DNA from: an uncultured Planctomycetaceae bacterium
GTDB lineage: Bacteria > Planctomycetota > Planctomycetia > Planctomycetales > Planctomycetaceae
DNA: 64,000 nucleotides
NCBI GenBank assembly: GCA_963815195.1
Contig: CAWFGE010000013.1
Location: forward strand, 512,001 to 576,000
Direction of reading: 5' to 3'
In this document: one piece after another, positions 62,982-64,000 of the stretch
Layout: the number at the start of each line of letters is the position of its first letter
Position numbering within the stretch: position 1 is the stretch's first letter
Notes under the pieces: model-generated
The model's database searches: none
Told to the model about the DNA's origin: nothing
Seen by the model: the letters and a program-made list of their open reading frames with translations, nothing else
Translations under genes and position numbers: made by a program

Positions 62982-64000
62982 ATGCCCGGTACGAATAATT
63001 CAATGCGCCGAAGATGGCTCTTTTTGTCCCTGTTGGCCGGTGCGGGCGTGGTAACCGCCGCGTTTTGGTTCGGCCCGGCGGGCTCAAGTTCGGTCAGTTC
63101 TCCCACTCCGGCCCACGCGGCCCCCGAAACTTCCCAGCAAAATCGCGAGCTTCGGGTCGAAACCATCAGCCCGCAAACCGGCGGCGTGGACCGCGTGACG
63201 GTCCAACCCGGCACGGTCCATTCCTTCGATTGGGCCGACCTGTTCTCGAAGGTCTCGGGTTACTTACACGAACAAAAATATGACATTGGCGATAAGGTCA
63301 AAGCCGGTGAAGTCATCGCCGTCATCGAAGCCCCCGAATTGAAGGAAGAAGTCACCCGCTGCACCGCCACGGTGACTCAGGCCAAAGCGAGGGTCGATCA
63401 AATGATCGCCCGCGTCGATACCGCGAAGGCGGAGAAAGAAGCGGCGAAAGCGGCGATCGCGGAAGCCCAAGCCGACCAGCAACGCGCCGAGGCGACCTTG
63501 TCTTACCAAGGCAAGCAATACCAGCGGATGCAGGACCTCTTCCGGCGAAAAGCCGTCGATGAGAAGCTCGTCGACGAAACGGAAGACCAATACCTGGCCG
63601 CGAAAGCCGCGGTGGAAGCGGCCAAGGCCCACGTCATCACGCAACAGGCCCAAGTGACCGCAGCCACGGCGAAAATCGCGCAGGCCGATGCGGACCTGGG
63701 GGAAGCCCGGGCCCAAGTCGGCGTCGCCAATGCCGAACTGGCCCATGCCCAGGTGATGTACGATTACACCAATATTCGTTCCCCGTACGACGGGGTCGTT
63801 ACGCAGCGAAACTACCACGTGGGGCATTTCATCCGCACTGGCGATGACACCTCGCACGGGCCGCTTTACACGATTTCCCGTAACGACCGGATGCGGGTTA
63901 TCGTCGAAGTTCCCGACCGCGAAGTGTACTTTGCCAATCCTGGCGATACAGCCGTTGTCGAAGTCGATGCTCTCACGGGCAAGAAGTTCCAAGGCAAGAT
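62982..64000 (+). CDS. RND efflux periplasmic adaptor subunit (runs off the window; absent from ORF track)
   Basis: AGGAG RBS; MPGTNNSMRRRWLFLSLLAG...; 'SKVSGY...DIGD.VK.GEV', long Ala-rich hairpin, 'IRSPYDGVVT.R'. Confidence 0.9.
   Translation, partial: MPGTNNSMRRRWLFLSLLAGAGVVTAAFWFGPAGSSSVSSPTPAHAAPETSQQNRELRVETISPQTGGVDRVTVQPGTVHSFDWADLFSKVSGYLHEQKYDIGDKVKAGEVIAVIEAPELKEEVTRCTATVTQAKARVDQMIARVDTAKAEKEAAKAAIAEAQADQQRAEATLSYQGKQYQRMQDLFRRKAVDEKLVDETEDQYLAAKAAVEAAKAHVITQQAQVTAATAKIAQADADLGEARAQVGVANAELAHAQVMYDYTNIRSPYDGVVTQRNYHVGHFIRTGDDTSHGPLYTISRNDRMRVIVEVPDREVYFANPGDTAVVEVDALTGKKFQGK

Overview
High-GC bacterial chromosomal window, most likely Planctomycetia (DUF1501/DUF1549/DUF1553/DUF1559 genes, ASPIC-UnbV, hpnE, PQQ-like propellers). 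About 15 genes, including housekeeping tig, clpP, scpB and fliD, are split by single-base frameshifts, which points to long-read indel error rather than decay; features are given as reconstructed genes. Main observation: a ~14.4-kb redox cluster (22152-36545) encoding a two-cNMP-domain/4x[4Fe-4S] protein, a membrane protein with two H-x13-H helices (likely di-heme b) interrupted by nine SPLEQM-type repeats and a zinc ribbon, a decaheme cytochrome c, two paralogous pentaheme cytochromes and a convergent ~1426-aa ten-heme/LVIVD beta-propeller protein (30 heme-c motifs in total). No catalytic subunit or porin is present. Also found: two parS sites near tRNA-Gly(GCC)-tig-clpP-clpP, an ATL-endonuclease V fusion, an orphan N6-adenine methyltransferase, a VapBC-like pair, an IS1380 remnant, an ECF/anti-sigma/DUF1549-1553/DUF1501 operon, fliD-fliS, a DUF1559 module, an RND adaptor running off the end, and many distinct REP/MITE-like palindromic elements, some with terminal inverted repeats and flanking duplications. 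All protein family calls come from motif recognition, not database searches.
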